Origin: an uncultured Chloroflexia bacterium
GTDB lineage: Bacteria; Chloroflexota; Dehalococcoidia; DSTF01; JACRBR01
Reading direction: 5' to 3'
Length of the DNA stretch: 64,000 nucleotides
Assembly: GCA_963701135.1 (NCBI GenBank)
Contig: OY969567.1
Location: forward strand, 2,689,366 to 2,753,365
A program made the position numbers and the translations under genes. Of this stretch, positions 41,449 through 51,097 are shown in pieces. The notes below the pieces were generated by a model. It was not told the DNA's origin and searched no databases. It worked only from the letters and a program-made list of their open reading frames with translations. Every line of letters begins with the position of its first letter. The first letter of the stretch is position 1.

Positions 41449-43428
41449 CTACAGCGGGCCCAGGTCGAGGTGCTGCTCGCAGACGCCGCGATGCGCGTCG
41501 TAGCGCCAGCGGACGCGGCGTACGCGGCGCTTTACGGCCGAAGGCGCGATCATCGGCTCCGTGACGTCGATCACGTCAAACAGCTCCTGGCCGCAGTTCG
41601 GCGCAATGATGATGGAGCCGCCGCCGGCCTCGATCGCGCGGCGGCGCAGGCGCGCGCCAGCCGTCGCGGCGGCGGCGGCGCCCGTCGCGCTGGTGATGTC
41701 GCGCTGCTGCTCGCGCGTCCCGCGCGCCGCGGCCGCCTGCGCGTAGTCGATCGCTTCGCCGAACGCGCCGGCGCCGAAAGCCTGCGCCTCGCTCACGGGC
41801 GGCGACTCGGTGCGAAGGCGCAGGTCGCGCAGCGGGTGTGCCGTGCCGTAGCTGTATGTGGCGGCGTCGCCGGCGAGCGGCTCCGTCATGGTGCAGCCGG
41901 CCACGGGGGTCATGCGGATGCGGTCGGTGAGGAACGAGAGCGCCTGCTCCACCGCGTCGAAGCCCGACGTCTGCGTGTGGATCGTGAACTTCGGTGCGAC
42001 GCTGCCCGCGCGCGACGACGTGCCGGACAGCACCAGGCAGAGTCCCGCCCGCGACATGATGCGCACCAGCACATGCTGGTACGTCTCGCCGCCCGTGTGC
42101 ACGATCTGCGTGCGCTGCCGGCTCCGGCGCAGCCACTCCCACCCGCCTTCGACGTGCAGCCGCAGCACGGAGCGGCCGCCCGCGCGGCGATACTCGTAGC
42201 CGGCGATCCAGAGGTCGGCCATCCGCGATGTCTGAAGGCCGCTCGCCGTACGATAGCCCCACGCCACGCCGAGCAGATTGCCGATGACGATCGGCGGCGG
42301 CGGGCCGCTGTGCGCGCCGGCCGCGTTGTCGATGTCGACGTAGCCCGACGTCGCGCCGTCGCGCTCGTCGATCTCGGCGGCGATGACATCGGCCGTGAGC
42401 GTCGTCCGCACTTGCGACTGCGGCGCGCGATAGACGGCGTCGGGCGCGCTTTCATATACGTAGCCGGTGGCGCCGGCATCGGCGGCGAGCGCCAGGCCCT
42501 CGGCGCCGGCGTAGTTCACCGGCAGCGGCGATCGCAGCGTGTTCGCGCCGATCACGTACGTCATGAGCGGGTGCAGGCTCGTGCGATAGACGCGCGTGTT
42601 GCCGCCGGTGAACGTATCGCTCTCGACGAACGTGAAGCGGAAGGTGTCGGTGAACACGACGAACGGCGCGGCGTAGGCGACGGCGCTGTCCGCTTCGGCC
42701 TGCTGCTGCACGAGCAGCGTGCTCCAGGTGTTGGGCGGCGCGTCGTTGTTGTCGCCGTAGACGATCGTCCACAGCGTGCGCCGCAGCGTCGTGGCCTCGA
42801 CGCCGGTGAGCACGATGTCCCAGTCGAAGCCGTAGCACATGCCGATGCCGTTGAGGCTGCTCGCGGTGATCCCCGCGTTCGAAGCGGCGCCGAACGCGCC
42901 GGCCGTGCGCTTGATGATGTTGAGGGCGCTCGCCGTGACCCACGCGATGGCGAGGTCGCCGCTGCTGTTCTTGTACGCGACTGCCAGGCCCACGACCGCG
43001 GCCGCCGCCGTGACGACGGCGACCTCGGCGGCGTACGTCTGGCCGTTGTCGAGCGACTCGCGCAGCTTGATGCCGGTGCCCGCACCATCGACGTAGATCA
43101 CGACGACGCGCGCGCCCTTCGCGGCGCAGGCGACGACGGGCCCCTTGCCCGCCGGCGTGAGCGCGGACCATGAGTTCCACGGGCCGGCGCCCGGGTTGGC
43201 GACGCGTTGCGACATGATCGTGCCCGCGCCGTCCGACCGCGCACGCGTCACCGAGCCGTCGCCCGCGACGGCGACGCCGTGCTTCGCGATCGTCTGCGCC
43301 GTGTTGTCGAGCAGCATGAAGTCGAGCCGCCGCATGCCGCCGAGCAGGTTCTCGACCGTCACCTCCACGCGCGGCTCGGACGATGCGCTCCGTTGCGCGG
43401 CCAGCAGGTCGGCGGACAGGGTGCGCAT
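41449..43428 (-). CDS. Large phage-like structural protein (tail or host-interaction candidate) with a BNR/Asp-box-like motif
   Basis: It is 659 aa from ATG 43428 (MRTLSADLLAAQRS) with an ATGA overlap to the upstream gene. SLDNGQTY resembles an Asp-box. It sits in a co-oriented run of overlapping genes. No enzyme motifs were recognised. Confidence 0.45.
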   Translation of the reverse strand: MRTLSADLLAAQRSASSEPRVEVTVENLLGGMRRLDFMLLDNTAQTIAKHGVAVAGDGSVTRARSDGAGTIMSQRVANPGAGPWNSWSALTPAGKGPVVACAAKGARVVVIYVDGAGTGIKLRESLDNGQTYAAEVAVVTAAAAVVGLAVAYKNSSGDLAIAWVTASALNIIKRTAGAFGAASNAGITASSLNGIGMCYGFDWDIVLTGVEATTLRRTLWTIVYGDNNDAPPNTWSTLLVQQQAEADSAVAYAAPFVVFTDTFRFTFVESDTFTGGNTRVYRTSLHPLMTYVIGANTLRSPLPVNYAGAEGLALAADAGATGYVYESAPDAVYRAPQSQVRTTLTADVIAAEIDERDGATSGYVDIDNAAGAHSGPPPPIVIGNLLGVAWGYRTASGLQTSRMADLWIAGYEYRRAGGRSVLRLHVEGGWEWLRRSRQRTQIVHTGGETYQHVLVRIMSRAGLCLVLSGTSSRAGSVAPKFTIHTQTSGFDAVEQALSFLTDRIRMTPVAGCTMTEPLAGDAATYSYGTAHPLRDLRLRTESPPVSEAQAFGAGAFGEAIDYAQAAAARGTREQQRDITSATGAAAAATAGARLRRRAIEAGGGSIIIAPNCGQELFDVIDVTEPMIAPSAVKRRVRRVRWRYDAHRGVCEQHLDLGPL

Positions 43429-44069
43429 CAGAACTTCACCCGGTCCTGCTCGAAGGCCGAGGGCGCATCGGCGGTGTACATGCGGCGCTGACGCACGGCG
43501 TTGGCGCGGCCCATGCGCTTGAGTTCGGCGCGGAAGTAGCGCAGGCGCTCGTCGCCGAACGCCTTGTAGCGGCCCCACACGTCGTCGCCGCCGGTGTTGA
43601 TGCGGTTCGCGGCATACGACGTCCAGTCGAGCGCCGCGTACGCCGCCGCCCCGGCGGCGACGATGTCCTCGTGCGGCACGGGCACCGTCGACGATGATGC
43701 GTCGAGCGTGTGCATCCGCGTCCAGTACACGTACACGTTCTCGGCGGCCGCTGGCGCGTTGACGGCATCGATCGTGATCGTGTTCTGCCACTCGCTCCAG
43801 CCGACGCGGCGCGGCGGAAACTCCCCAACGGGCCATTCCACCGCCTCGATGTCGATGAGGCTGGTAAGCGACGATACGGAGACGTCGCGCGAGCCCGGCG
43901 TCGTCGTCAGCGTCGTCTTCTGCTCGAGCGGCGCGTGCAGGCTGTACTCGTTGACGGCGCGGCCGATGTGGCGGTCGAGCACGGCGTCGGTCCAGCGATA
44001 GGCGGCGGAGTCCTCGTCGTGCAGGTCCTGGCGCACGCGCGCGCGGATCGTGGCGATGGTCGTGGGCAT
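43428..44069 (-). CDS. Phage-like structural protein (adaptor/connector candidate)
   Basis: It is 213 aa from ATG 44069 (MPTTIATIRARVRQDLHDEDSAAYRWTD). It is tightly packed against its neighbours. The function is inferred only from context. Confidence 0.35.
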   Translation of the reverse strand: MPTTIATIRARVRQDLHDEDSAAYRWTDAVLDRHIGRAVNEYSLHAPLEQKTTLTTTPGSRDVSVSSLTSLIDIEAVEWPVGEFPPRRVGWSEWQNTITIDAVNAPAAAENVYVYWTRMHTLDASSSTVPVPHEDIVAAGAAAYAALDWTSYAANRINTGGDDVWGRYKAFGDERLRYFRAELKRMGRANAVRQRRMYTADAPSAFEQDRVKF

Positions 44070-44070
44070 G

Positions 44071-44778
44071 TCATCGGCCTCCTGCTGGTTGTTCGGGCTG
44101 TGCCGGCTTTGCGGATGGGATGGCGCGCGCCGGACGCGACGCCGCTTCGGGCGCGGTACCAGCGTCTCCGGCACGCGGGCGGTCGATCGGCGACGGCTCG
44201 GCGGACTCGTACGCCACCCTCAGCCGGATGCGGTCGCTCCGCGTGGGCGAGGCGGCGAGCGCGAAGTAGTGGCCGGTGACCTCGTCGGCGGCCTTGTGGC
44301 GAAGGTGCACCATGCCGCCGCGGTTCGCGACGGCGTCGGCGACGAACGGCAGCACGCCGGGGATCACGAACGCGCCCATCGCCAGCGGCGATGCGTACGC
44401 GACCGCGGGCGGTGTCGCGCCAACGTCGCCGCCGGGCGAGGTCCAGGCCGTGGCGACGCGGTAGTGGTTCCACTCCGCCGTCACGTAATCCCAGTCGAGC
44501 CGCGAGATCCGTTCGAGCGAGCACGCGAACCCCGCCGGACCGCTCATGCCGATGACCTCGCACTCCAGCCGCGCGTCCAACAGCACGTCATCGGCGAGCA
44601 GCGGCCGGCCCTCGGCCGCCACGCCGAACACGTCGAACAACGTCAGGCTGCGCCGCATCACGGCCTTGGTCTGGCCGATGAGCAACATGCCGGTGTTGAA
44701 ATTGCCGGGGAGCATCGTGGCCGGGTTGACGGCATCGATCGCGGTCGCGCCGCAGACGTAGAAGCTAGACGAGAGCAT
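44071..44778 (-). CDS. Hypothetical protein in the phage-like run
   Basis: This is an intact 235-aa ORF with a Pro/Ala-rich C-terminal tail. It overlaps the upstream gene by 14 nt. Confidence 0.4.
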   Translation of the reverse strand: MLSSSFYVCGATAIDAVNPATMLPGNFNTGMLLIGQTKAVMRRSLTLFDVFGVAAEGRPLLADDVLLDARLECEVIGMSGPAGFACSLERISRLDWDYVTAEWNHYRVATAWTSPGGDVGATPPAVAYASPLAMGAFVIPGVLPFVADAVANRGGMVHLRHKAADEVTGHYFALAASPTRSDRIRLRVAYESAEPSPIDRPRAGDAGTAPEAASRPARAIPSAKPAQPEQPAGGR

Positions 44779-45211
44779 CGGCCGCTCCTGGCTCGCTGCC
44801 GTTCAGGTTGCCGTCGGCGTCGCTCGCGTCGAGCGCGGCGCTGCGCATCGCGTGCACCTGGCCGCGGAACAGCATGCGGCCGCCGTGGGCGTCGCCGGGC
44901 AGGCCGCACATGCGCGAGGCGAACGCGGCCATGCGCGGAGGCGCCTCCGTGTGCGCGCCGACGACGCCGATGGCGGCGGCGTGGCGTAGCGCCTCGCGCA
45001 CGATCAGCACGAGCGCGCGCTGCCGCTGTCTCGGCGAGCCGCCGGCGTCGATGATCCGCATCTCGCCGAAGACGCCGTATCCGGCGGCGGCGTTGTGGGC
45101 GCAGAGCACGCGCGCTACAGGCGTGCCATCGGCCACGCTGGCGGTGACGGCGACGGTCCAGGGGTCGATGTCGCTCGCTGCCGCGGATAGTGGTTCGGGC
45201 CAGGCCGCCAT
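44765..45211 (-). CDS. Hypothetical protein, first gene of the phage-like run
   Basis: This is an intact 148-aa ORF with typical codon bias. No motif was recognised. Confidence 0.4.
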   Translation of the reverse strand: MAAWPEPLSAAASDIDPWTVAVTASVADGTPVARVLCAHNAAAGYGVFGEMRIIDAGGSPRQRQRALVLIVREALRHAAAIGVVGAHTEAPPRMAAFASRMCGLPGDAHGGRMLFRGQVHAMRSAALDASDADGNLNGSEPGAADALV

Positions 45212-45350
45212 GCCGTTCGTCTCTCCGTCAACTTGACAAGCGGCCGGCCGGCCGCTCGATCGCCGTCACCCAGGCGCGTACGATCGCCCGGAGCACGGGC
45301 GAACTCCAAGCGGAGGGGATCACCGGCAAGCGGCGACGGAGGCGGGCCCG

Positions 45351-46031
45351 GTGATACAGGCAGGCGGCGGCGCCGTTCGATCAGGTGTGATTGCGCTTTC
45401 GACGCCCAACCATCCGTTGCGGCTCGCGGGCTTCCTTGCCGCGAGCGTGGCGTTCTTCGCGATCGTCGGCGCGGCCGCGTACTCGGTGATGTACATCGTG
45501 CGGGACCAGCGCTCGGGGCGCGTGAGCGAGGTGCTGGGCGCCGCCGTCGTACCGAAGCAGTCCGACCTGCACCTGCCGGCGGGCGTGCTGGCCGTGCAGC
45601 GCGTCGCGAGCGAGGGCGAGTTCAGGCAGCTCGCCGGCTTCAAGCCGTTCATTCCCGGCGACCTGCCGGAACACACACAGGACGACCTGTCGCTCGCCGT
45701 GGCGCTGCCCGATGACAACGGCGTGCGCAGCGGCCGCGTCGGCTTTTCGGCGAAAGACGGCGCAACGGCGGCTGACGGCACGACGGGGCCGATGGTGGTG
45801 CTGTTCGAAGTGCAGGGTCAGCCCGGCGAAGGGGTGGACGGCGAACTGAAGCGCGTGACGGGCGGCAACGGCCGGGCGCTCATCGCGACGATCGGCTGCC
45901 GCGGCCTGGTGATCGACGTACAGCTCTTCTTCGGGCCGGATCCACAGCCAGGCGAGGCGTTCCTCACGCCGTACATGACCGACACCGCGCGGAGGTTCCT
46001 CGACGGCGTGAAGCGCCAGTGCGGGGAGTAG
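45351..46031 (+). CDS. Membrane-anchored hypothetical protein
   Basis: This 226-aa ORF has one N-terminal TM segment (LAGFLAASVAFFAIVGAAAY). Its stop lies at the start of a heptamer array. Confidence 0.45.
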   Translation: MIQAGGGAVRSGVIALSTPNHPLRLAGFLAASVAFFAIVGAAAYSVMYIVRDQRSGRVSEVLGAAVVPKQSDLHLPAGVLAVQRVASEGEFRQLAGFKPFIPGDLPEHTQDDLSLAVALPDDNGVRSGRVGFSAKDGATAADGTTGPMVVLFEVQGQPGEGVDGELKRVTGGNGRALIATIGCRGLVIDVQLFFGPDPQPGEAFLTPYMTDTARRFLDGVKRQCGE

Positions 46032-46063
46032 TTCGTAGTTGGTGGTTGGTAGTTGGTGGTACG
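46026..46063. repeat. Heptamer array (GTAGTTG/GTGGTTG)
   Basis: The sequence is gagtagttcgtagttggtggttggtagttggtggtacg. The same unit family covers the 5' end of ORF 41197-41436. Confidence 0.8.
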
Positions 46064-46089
46064 CCGGCGCAGACCGTAGCGCGGGCTTT

Positions 46090-46437
46090 TCAGCCCGCGC
46101 GGATCACCGAGCTGCGAGCGCACATTGCGTGCACAATCGGCTTCACGAGATCGTTTGGGTGCACATTGGCGTGCAGTTCGATGTTCTCGGGCATGGCATG
46201 GAGCACGCGTATGCCGCGTTCGCGGAAGACGCGCTCCTGCTCGCCGAGGTCGGCGATCGTCTCGAGATAGAGGTCCGTCGCCTCGCGCGCATTCGCGATC
46301 GCTTCTTCCGGTGAATCGCCCTGGCTGGCGATCTGGAGTTCGACGCATTCGGAGACGAACACGCCGTCTTCCTCGAACGCGCGAAGCGTGAGGACGATGT
46401 AGCGCGTGTCTTTAGTTTGCCGTGGTGCGATCGTCAT
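46090..46437 (-). CDS. HicB-like antitoxin-fold protein with no adjacent toxin
   Basis: This is a 115-aa ORF. YIVLTLRAFEEDGVFVSECVELQIASQGDSPEEAIANAREATDLYLE is HicB/UPF0150-like. GGAGGG lies upstream. The last codons and stop fall inside a REP-type hairpin (46079-46100). Confidence 0.55.
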   Translation of the reverse strand: MTIAPRQTKDTRYIVLTLRAFEEDGVFVSECVELQIASQGDSPEEAIANAREATDLYLETIADLGEQERVFRERGIRVLHAMPENIELHANVHPNDLVKPIVHAMCARSSVIRAG

Positions 46438-46510
46438 GCGCCCTCCACTTCAACGACATGTGAGTGTAGCATTCCGTCACGACGCGCCGTCGGCGATACG
46501 GCCAAAGGCC

Positions 46511-46950
46511 GGGCGCAGCGGGCTGCGCCCCTACAAACGGCGGCAACGCGAACGCCAGCGTGCGCCACGCGCGCGATGTGCGCGATGTGCGAGCCGTGCG
46601 CGAATGATCCGCGCGGGCTGAAAAGCCCGCGCTACGGAAGGTGTTGACGGGCGCAGCGGGCTGCGCCCCTACAAACGGCGGCGACGCGAACGCCAGTGTG
46701 CGCCACGCGCGCGATGTGCGCGATGCGCGAGCCGTGCGCGAATGATCCGCGCGGGCTGAAAAAGCCCGCGCTACGGAAGGCGCCGGCGGGCGCAGCGGGC
46801 TGCGCCCCTACAACGGCGGCGACGCGAACGCCAGTGTGCGCGACGCGCGCGATGTGCGCGATGTGCGAGCCGTGCGCGAATGATCCGCGCGGGCTGAAAA
46901 GCCCGCGCTACGGAAGGCGCCGGCGGGCGCAGCGGGCGGCACCCCTACCG
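46511..46950. repeat. Tandem repeat of about 138 bp, 3 full copies plus a partial one
   Basis: Units start at 46511, 46649, 46788 and 46925. Each contains GGGCGCAGCGGGCTGCGCCC and GCGCGGGCTGAAAAGCCCGCGC hairpins, separated by a CGCGATGTGCGCGATGTGCGAGCCGTGCGCG stretch. Confidence 0.9.
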
Positions 46951-46951
46951 C

Positions 46952-46993
46952 GGCTGACCGCTGACATCCTGACTGACCGACTGACCGACTACC
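46952..46993. repeat. Heptamer array (CTGACCG/CTGACTG)
   Basis: ggctgaccgctgacatcctgactgaccgactgaccgactacc contains the stop of the epimerase gene (46989-46991). Confidence 0.75.
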
Positions 46994-47903
46994 TGGTGCG
47001 GAACCACTCCACGGTGCGTTCGAGACCTTCGCGCAGCGGGACCTGCGCTCGCCAGCCGGTGGCGGCGGCGAGCTTTTCCGACCAGGCGTAGGTGGCGGCG
47101 ACGTCGCCCGCGCGTTCGCCGAGATCTTCGACGGGCACGTCGTAGCCGACAATGTCGATGATCTCGTTGACGACGTCGATGATCTTCGTGCCGGTGTCGG
47201 AGCCGACGTTGTAGTAGTCCAGCCCCTTCAGCCCGAGCACGGCGGTGTGCGCGCGCGCCAGGTCGTCGACGTAGAAGAAGTCGCGCACCTGCTCGCCCTT
47301 CCAGTAGAGCGGGATGGTGCGCTTTTCGAGCGCGGCGCGGATGAAGTTGGGGATGGCGTGCGTTTCCGGCTCGTGCAGCTCGTTCGGGCCGTACGGGTTG
47401 AAGTAGCGCAGGATGATCGCGTCCATGCCGTAGAGCTGGTTGTAGGTCGCGACGAACGCCTCGGTCGAGACCTTTGACGCGCCGTAGGGGTTCGACTGCA
47501 CGCCGAGCGGGTCCGTCTCGCGGATCGGCAGGCTCTTCGGCGTGCCGTAGACGGTGGCGCTCGACGAGAACACGATCTTCGGCACGCCGGCGCGGTGCAT
47601 CGCTTCGAGCAGGCGGACCGAGTTGAGGATGTTGTTCTCGGCGAAGACGAGCGGCTCCTGCACGGAGCGTCCGACCTCGATGAACGCGGCCATGTGGATC
47701 ACGGCGTCGTGGGCGCGCAGCCATTCCGGCAGCCGCTCCTCGTCGCGCAGGTCGCCCTCGATGAAGCGCGCGTCCGGCGGCACGAGCTTGCGGAAGCCTT
47801 TCGACAGGTTGTCGACGACGGTGACGTCGTGCTGCTCGGCGAGCAGGACGCGCGTGACCGCGGACCCGATGAAGCCGGCGCCGCCGGTTACGAGTACGCG
47901 CAT
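46989..47903 (-). CDS. NAD-dependent epimerase/dehydratase (UDP-glucose 4-epimerase-like)
   Basis: It is 304 aa from ATG 47903 (MRVLVTGGAGFIGS). It has the YGASK catalytic motif. A TAATG overlap links it to fabF. Confidence 0.8.
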   Translation of the reverse strand: MRVLVTGGAGFIGSAVTRVLLAEQHDVTVVDNLSKGFRKLVPPDARFIEGDLRDEERLPEWLRAHDAVIHMAAFIEVGRSVQEPLVFAENNILNSVRLLEAMHRAGVPKIVFSSSATVYGTPKSLPIRETDPLGVQSNPYGASKVSTEAFVATYNQLYGMDAIILRYFNPYGPNELHEPETHAIPNFIRAALEKRTIPLYWKGEQVRDFFYVDDLARAHTAVLGLKGLDYYNVGSDTGTKIIDVVNEIIDIVGYDVPVEDLGERAGDVAATYAWSEKLAAATGWRAQVPLREGLERTVEWFRTR

Positions 47904-49168
47904 TAGCCTTCGAACTTCTTGAACACCAGGCAGGCGTTCTGGCCGCCGAAACCGAAGCTGTTCTTCAGCACGACGTTCACCTCCGCCTGGCGCGCCTTGT
48001 TCGGCACGTAATCCAGGTCGCAGTCCGGGTCCGGGTACTCCTGGTTGATCGTCGGGTGCACCCAGCCGGTGAGGATGGATTGCACGCACGCGATCGCCTC
48101 GATCGCCGCGGACGCGCCGAGCGTGTGGCCGATGAGCGACTTCGTCGAGCTGGTCGGGATCTGGTACGCGAGCTCGCCGAGCGCGCGCTTGAGCGCGACC
48201 GTCTCGTACTTGTCGTTCATCTGCGTCGAGGTGCCGTGCGCGTTCACGTAGTCGATGTCCTCCGGCGTCATGCCGGCGTCGGCGAGCGCGAGCGTCATGC
48301 ACGCGGCCGTCGTCTCGCCGTCTTCCACCGGTACGACGACGTGGTGCGCGTCCGACGTGCAGCCGTAGCCCGCCAGTTCGGCGAGGATCGGCACGCCGCG
48401 CTGCTTCGCGTGATCGAGCGCCTCGACGATGAAGACGCCGGCGCCTTCGGACGACACGAAGCCGTCGCGCTTCGCATCGAACGGGCGGCTCGCGCCGGAA
48501 GGCGGGTCGTTGTTCGTGGAGAGCGCCTTCATCACCTGGAAGGCGGCGAGCCCCAGCTCCGAGAGGCCGGCCTCGGTGCCGCCGGTGATCATCACGTCGG
48601 CGCGGCCGGTGCGGATCATCTCCAGCGCCTCGCCCATGGCGTTGCCGGCGGAGGCGCAGGCGGTGGAGATGGTGGCGTTGTAGCCCTTCGCGCCGTACCG
48701 CATGGCCACCTGTGCGGCGGCCATGTTCGGCAGCATCTTCACCATGTAGAAGGGGTCCATCCGCCGCACGCCCTTCTGGACGATGTCCTTCACGGCGCGG
48801 TCGGTGTCCGGGTAGCCGCCCATCCCGTTGCCGAAGAGCACGCCGACGCGGTACGGGTCCTCCTTCGAGATGTCGAGGCCGGACATCGTGAACGCCTCGC
48901 GCGCGGCGGCGAGCGCCAGTTGCGAGAAGCGCGCCATGCGCCGCGCCTCCTTGCGATCGATGTACTCCTCGGGCACGAAGTTCTTGACCTCGCCGGCGAT
49001 GTGGATGTCGTAGCCGGTCGAATCCACCTGCGTCAGCCAGTCGACGCCCGACTTGCCGGCGACGGCGTTCTCCCAGAACTCGGCGACGGTGTTGCCGAGC
49101 GGATTGAGCGTACCCATGCCGGTGATCACGACGCGCCGGCGGCCGTCGCCGTTGGTGCCGTTGCTCAT
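47903..49168 (-). CDS. fabF: Beta-ketoacyl-ACP synthase II
   Basis: This is an intact 421-aa ORF with the active-site context ISTACASAGNAMG plus HGTSTQMND and SLIGHTLGASAAIE. Confidence 0.9.
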   Translation of the reverse strand: MSNGTNGDGRRRVVITGMGTLNPLGNTVAEFWENAVAGKSGVDWLTQVDSTGYDIHIAGEVKNFVPEEYIDRKEARRMARFSQLALAAAREAFTMSGLDISKEDPYRVGVLFGNGMGGYPDTDRAVKDIVQKGVRRMDPFYMVKMLPNMAAAQVAMRYGAKGYNATISTACASAGNAMGEALEMIRTGRADVMITGGTEAGLSELGLAAFQVMKALSTNNDPPSGASRPFDAKRDGFVSSEGAGVFIVEALDHAKQRGVPILAELAGYGCTSDAHHVVVPVEDGETTAACMTLALADAGMTPEDIDYVNAHGTSTQMNDKYETVALKRALGELAYQIPTSSTKSLIGHTLGASAAIEAIACVQSILTGWVHPTINQEYPDPDCDLDYVPNKARQAEVNVVLKNSFGFGGQNACLVFKKFEG

Positions 49169-49180
49169 GCCTTGTCCCGC

Positions 49181-50557
49181 CTACGATGCGTCCGGACGGC
49201 TTGCCGGCGGATGTAGCGTTTCCAACCGGATCATATCTGATTCGATTCCGAGAAGGTATTCGCGAAGCGCCGCCGCGAACGCCAGCGAGCCGAATGCAAC
49301 GACGGCGCCGCGCGCGCCCGCTTCGGCGACGGCGGCCTCGAATGCGGACGAAAGGTCGCCGAACGCCGTGACTGGCACGCCGAGCGGGCGAAAGGCATCG
49401 GCGAGCACGCGCAGGTCTGGGCGCGGGCGTGGTGCCACGCGGGCGCGAAGACGTGATCGGCGATGGGCGCGACGGCCTGGGCCATGGCCTGCACGTCCTT
49501 GCCGGCGAGCGTGCCGAACAACAACACGGCGTGCGACACGCCGAAGTACTCGCGCAGGGCCACGACCATGCGTTTCGCCGAATCGCCATTGTGCGCGCCA
49601 TCGATGATCACGAGCGGGCTGCGCTTCAGCACTTCGAGCCGCGCGGGCCACGTGACTGCGGCCAGTCCCGTGCGCACGTGTTGCGGCGTCAGGTCGAACC
49701 CGCGGCGCTGCGCAAGCGCCTCGCACGCCAGGACCGCGGTGGCGGCGTTGTCGAGCTGGTGGCGGCCGGCGAGCGGCAGCCGGGCGGCGTACGTGGCGCG
49801 CGGCGTCTTGAGCTTGAACTCCTGCCCGTCGGCCGAGGCGCTGGTGCGCGTCATCTGGCACGCGGCGGCGACCTCGACCATCGAAGCGCCGCGCGCCGCC
49901 GCGGTCTCACGAAAGACGTCGATCGCCGACTCGCGCTGCGGCGCCACGATGACCGCCGCGCCCGGCGTGATGATGCCGGCCTTCTGCGCCGCGATCTCGC
50001 CGATCGTCGAGCCGAGGATGGCCGTGTGCTCGAGGCTGATCGGCGTCAGCACGACAACGTCCGTCGCGTCGAAGACGTTGGTCGAGTCAAGCGCGCCGCC
50101 CAGGCCGACCTCGACGACCTGCGCCGCGACGCCGGCGTCGCGGAACGCGACGAACGCGGCGGCCGTGAGCGCATCGAACGCGAGGAAGCGGCGCTCCGGA
50201 AAGCGCGGCTCGACGGCGTCCATCGCGTCGCGCACGGCCGACATGGCGGCGGCGAAGGTGTCGCGCTCGACGGGCTTGCCGTCGATGCGGATCCGTTCGT
50301 TGTAGCGGTGCAGGTGCGGGCTGACGTAGCAGCCTGTGCGGACGCCGGCGGCGGCGAGCATCGACTGCGATCATGACGGCCGTGCTGCCCTTGCCCTTCG
50401 ACCCGGCGACGTGCACCGTCGCCCGGCCGAGGTGCGGGCCGCCCAGCGCGGCGAGCAGCGCGCGCATGGGCGCCAGGTCCGGGCGCTCGGCGAACTCGCC
50501 GGTGCGCTCGAAGTCAGGGCGTGTGAGGAGCCAGCGCAGCGCGTCGTCGTAGCCCAT
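49181..50557 (-). pseudogene. folC: Folylpolyglutamate synthase/dihydrofolate synthase with 2 frameshifts
   Basis: It starts at ATG 50557 (MGYDDALRWL, with P-loop HVAGSKGKGST). The main body lies in ORF 49231-50361. The C-terminus lies in ORF 49181-49861. Shifts fall near 50365 and 49440. Confidence 0.8.
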
Positions 50558-50569
50558 GTGGTGTGTAAC

Positions 50570-50603
50570 GGAGAGCAGAGAACAGACAACAGACAACAGA
50601 GCA
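50570..50603. repeat. Heptamer array (GAGAGCA, then ACAGACA)
   Basis: ggagagcagagaacagacaacagacaacagagc lies just upstream of folC. Confidence 0.75.
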
Positions 50604-50843
50604 TACCGCGTGGCTGGTCGCCTCGTTGCTGGGTGCCGGTTGCTGGTGGTGGTTCTCGCCGGGGCTGGTGATTGAGTGGCGGCGGTTCTCGCCGGGGCTG
50701 GTGGAGTGGTGGTGCTTTTGGCCGGGGCGTTGATTGCGAGCAGCGGGGCACGTGGGGTAGCCGCCCTCGGCTGCCCATCCGGCGAAGCCGGATCACGTTG
50801 CCGATCCTCACCGACCACCGGCCAGACCACCAGATCAGTGGCA

Positions 50844-50872
50844 TTGACAGCTTCCGGGCCGCGGCATATGAT
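50844..50872 (+). promoter_or_regulatory. Near-consensus sigma70-type promoter
   Basis: TTGACA (50844-50849) is followed by a 17-nt spacer and TATGAT (50867-50872). Confidence 0.6.
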
Positions 50873-50878
50873 GCGCCA

Positions 50879-51097
50879 CAAGGCCCGTAGCCTGAACTAA
50901 TCAGTAATGGCAGGCACACAGATGCAGAGCATCAACCTTAGCGGAATCTTCCGCCCGCGACGCACCCTTAACGGTGTGGGCGCGAGTGTGGGTCGGATGA
51001 GTGTGCCCAGTGCGAGGCGTGAGTATTGAGTAGCTGACCGCGCGGCCCGGGCGAGTTCATCCACCCACTACAACGATTGGGCGTAGTGGGTTTTTTG
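50879..51097 (+). ncRNA. Leader or small RNA of about 220 nt between the promoter and an intrinsic terminator, upstream of the ABC exporter; unidentified class
   Basis: It lies in a lower-GC intergenic region. It contains a 40-codon ORF (50907-51029, MAGTQMQSINLSGIFRPRRTLNGVGASVGRMSVPSARREY) with a weak RBS. It ends in CCCACTAC-N11-GTAGTGGG-TTTTTT (51064-51096). Confidence 0.4.
51064..51096 (+). terminator. Intrinsic terminator or attenuator
   Basis: It has an 8-bp GC-rich stem (CCCACTAC/GTAGTGGG), an 11-nt loop and a T6 tract. It lies 50 nt upstream of the ABC ATPase start. Confidence 0.7.

Noticed and set aside
50907-51029. The 40-codon ORF upstream of the ABC exporter, considered as a RiPP or bacteriocin precursor.
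   Set aside because: It has no convincing RBS and weaker codon bias than real genes here. No modification enzyme, leader-peptidase domain or immunity gene is nearby. It sits entirely inside a promoter-to-terminator leader. I kept it only as a possible regulatory uORF.
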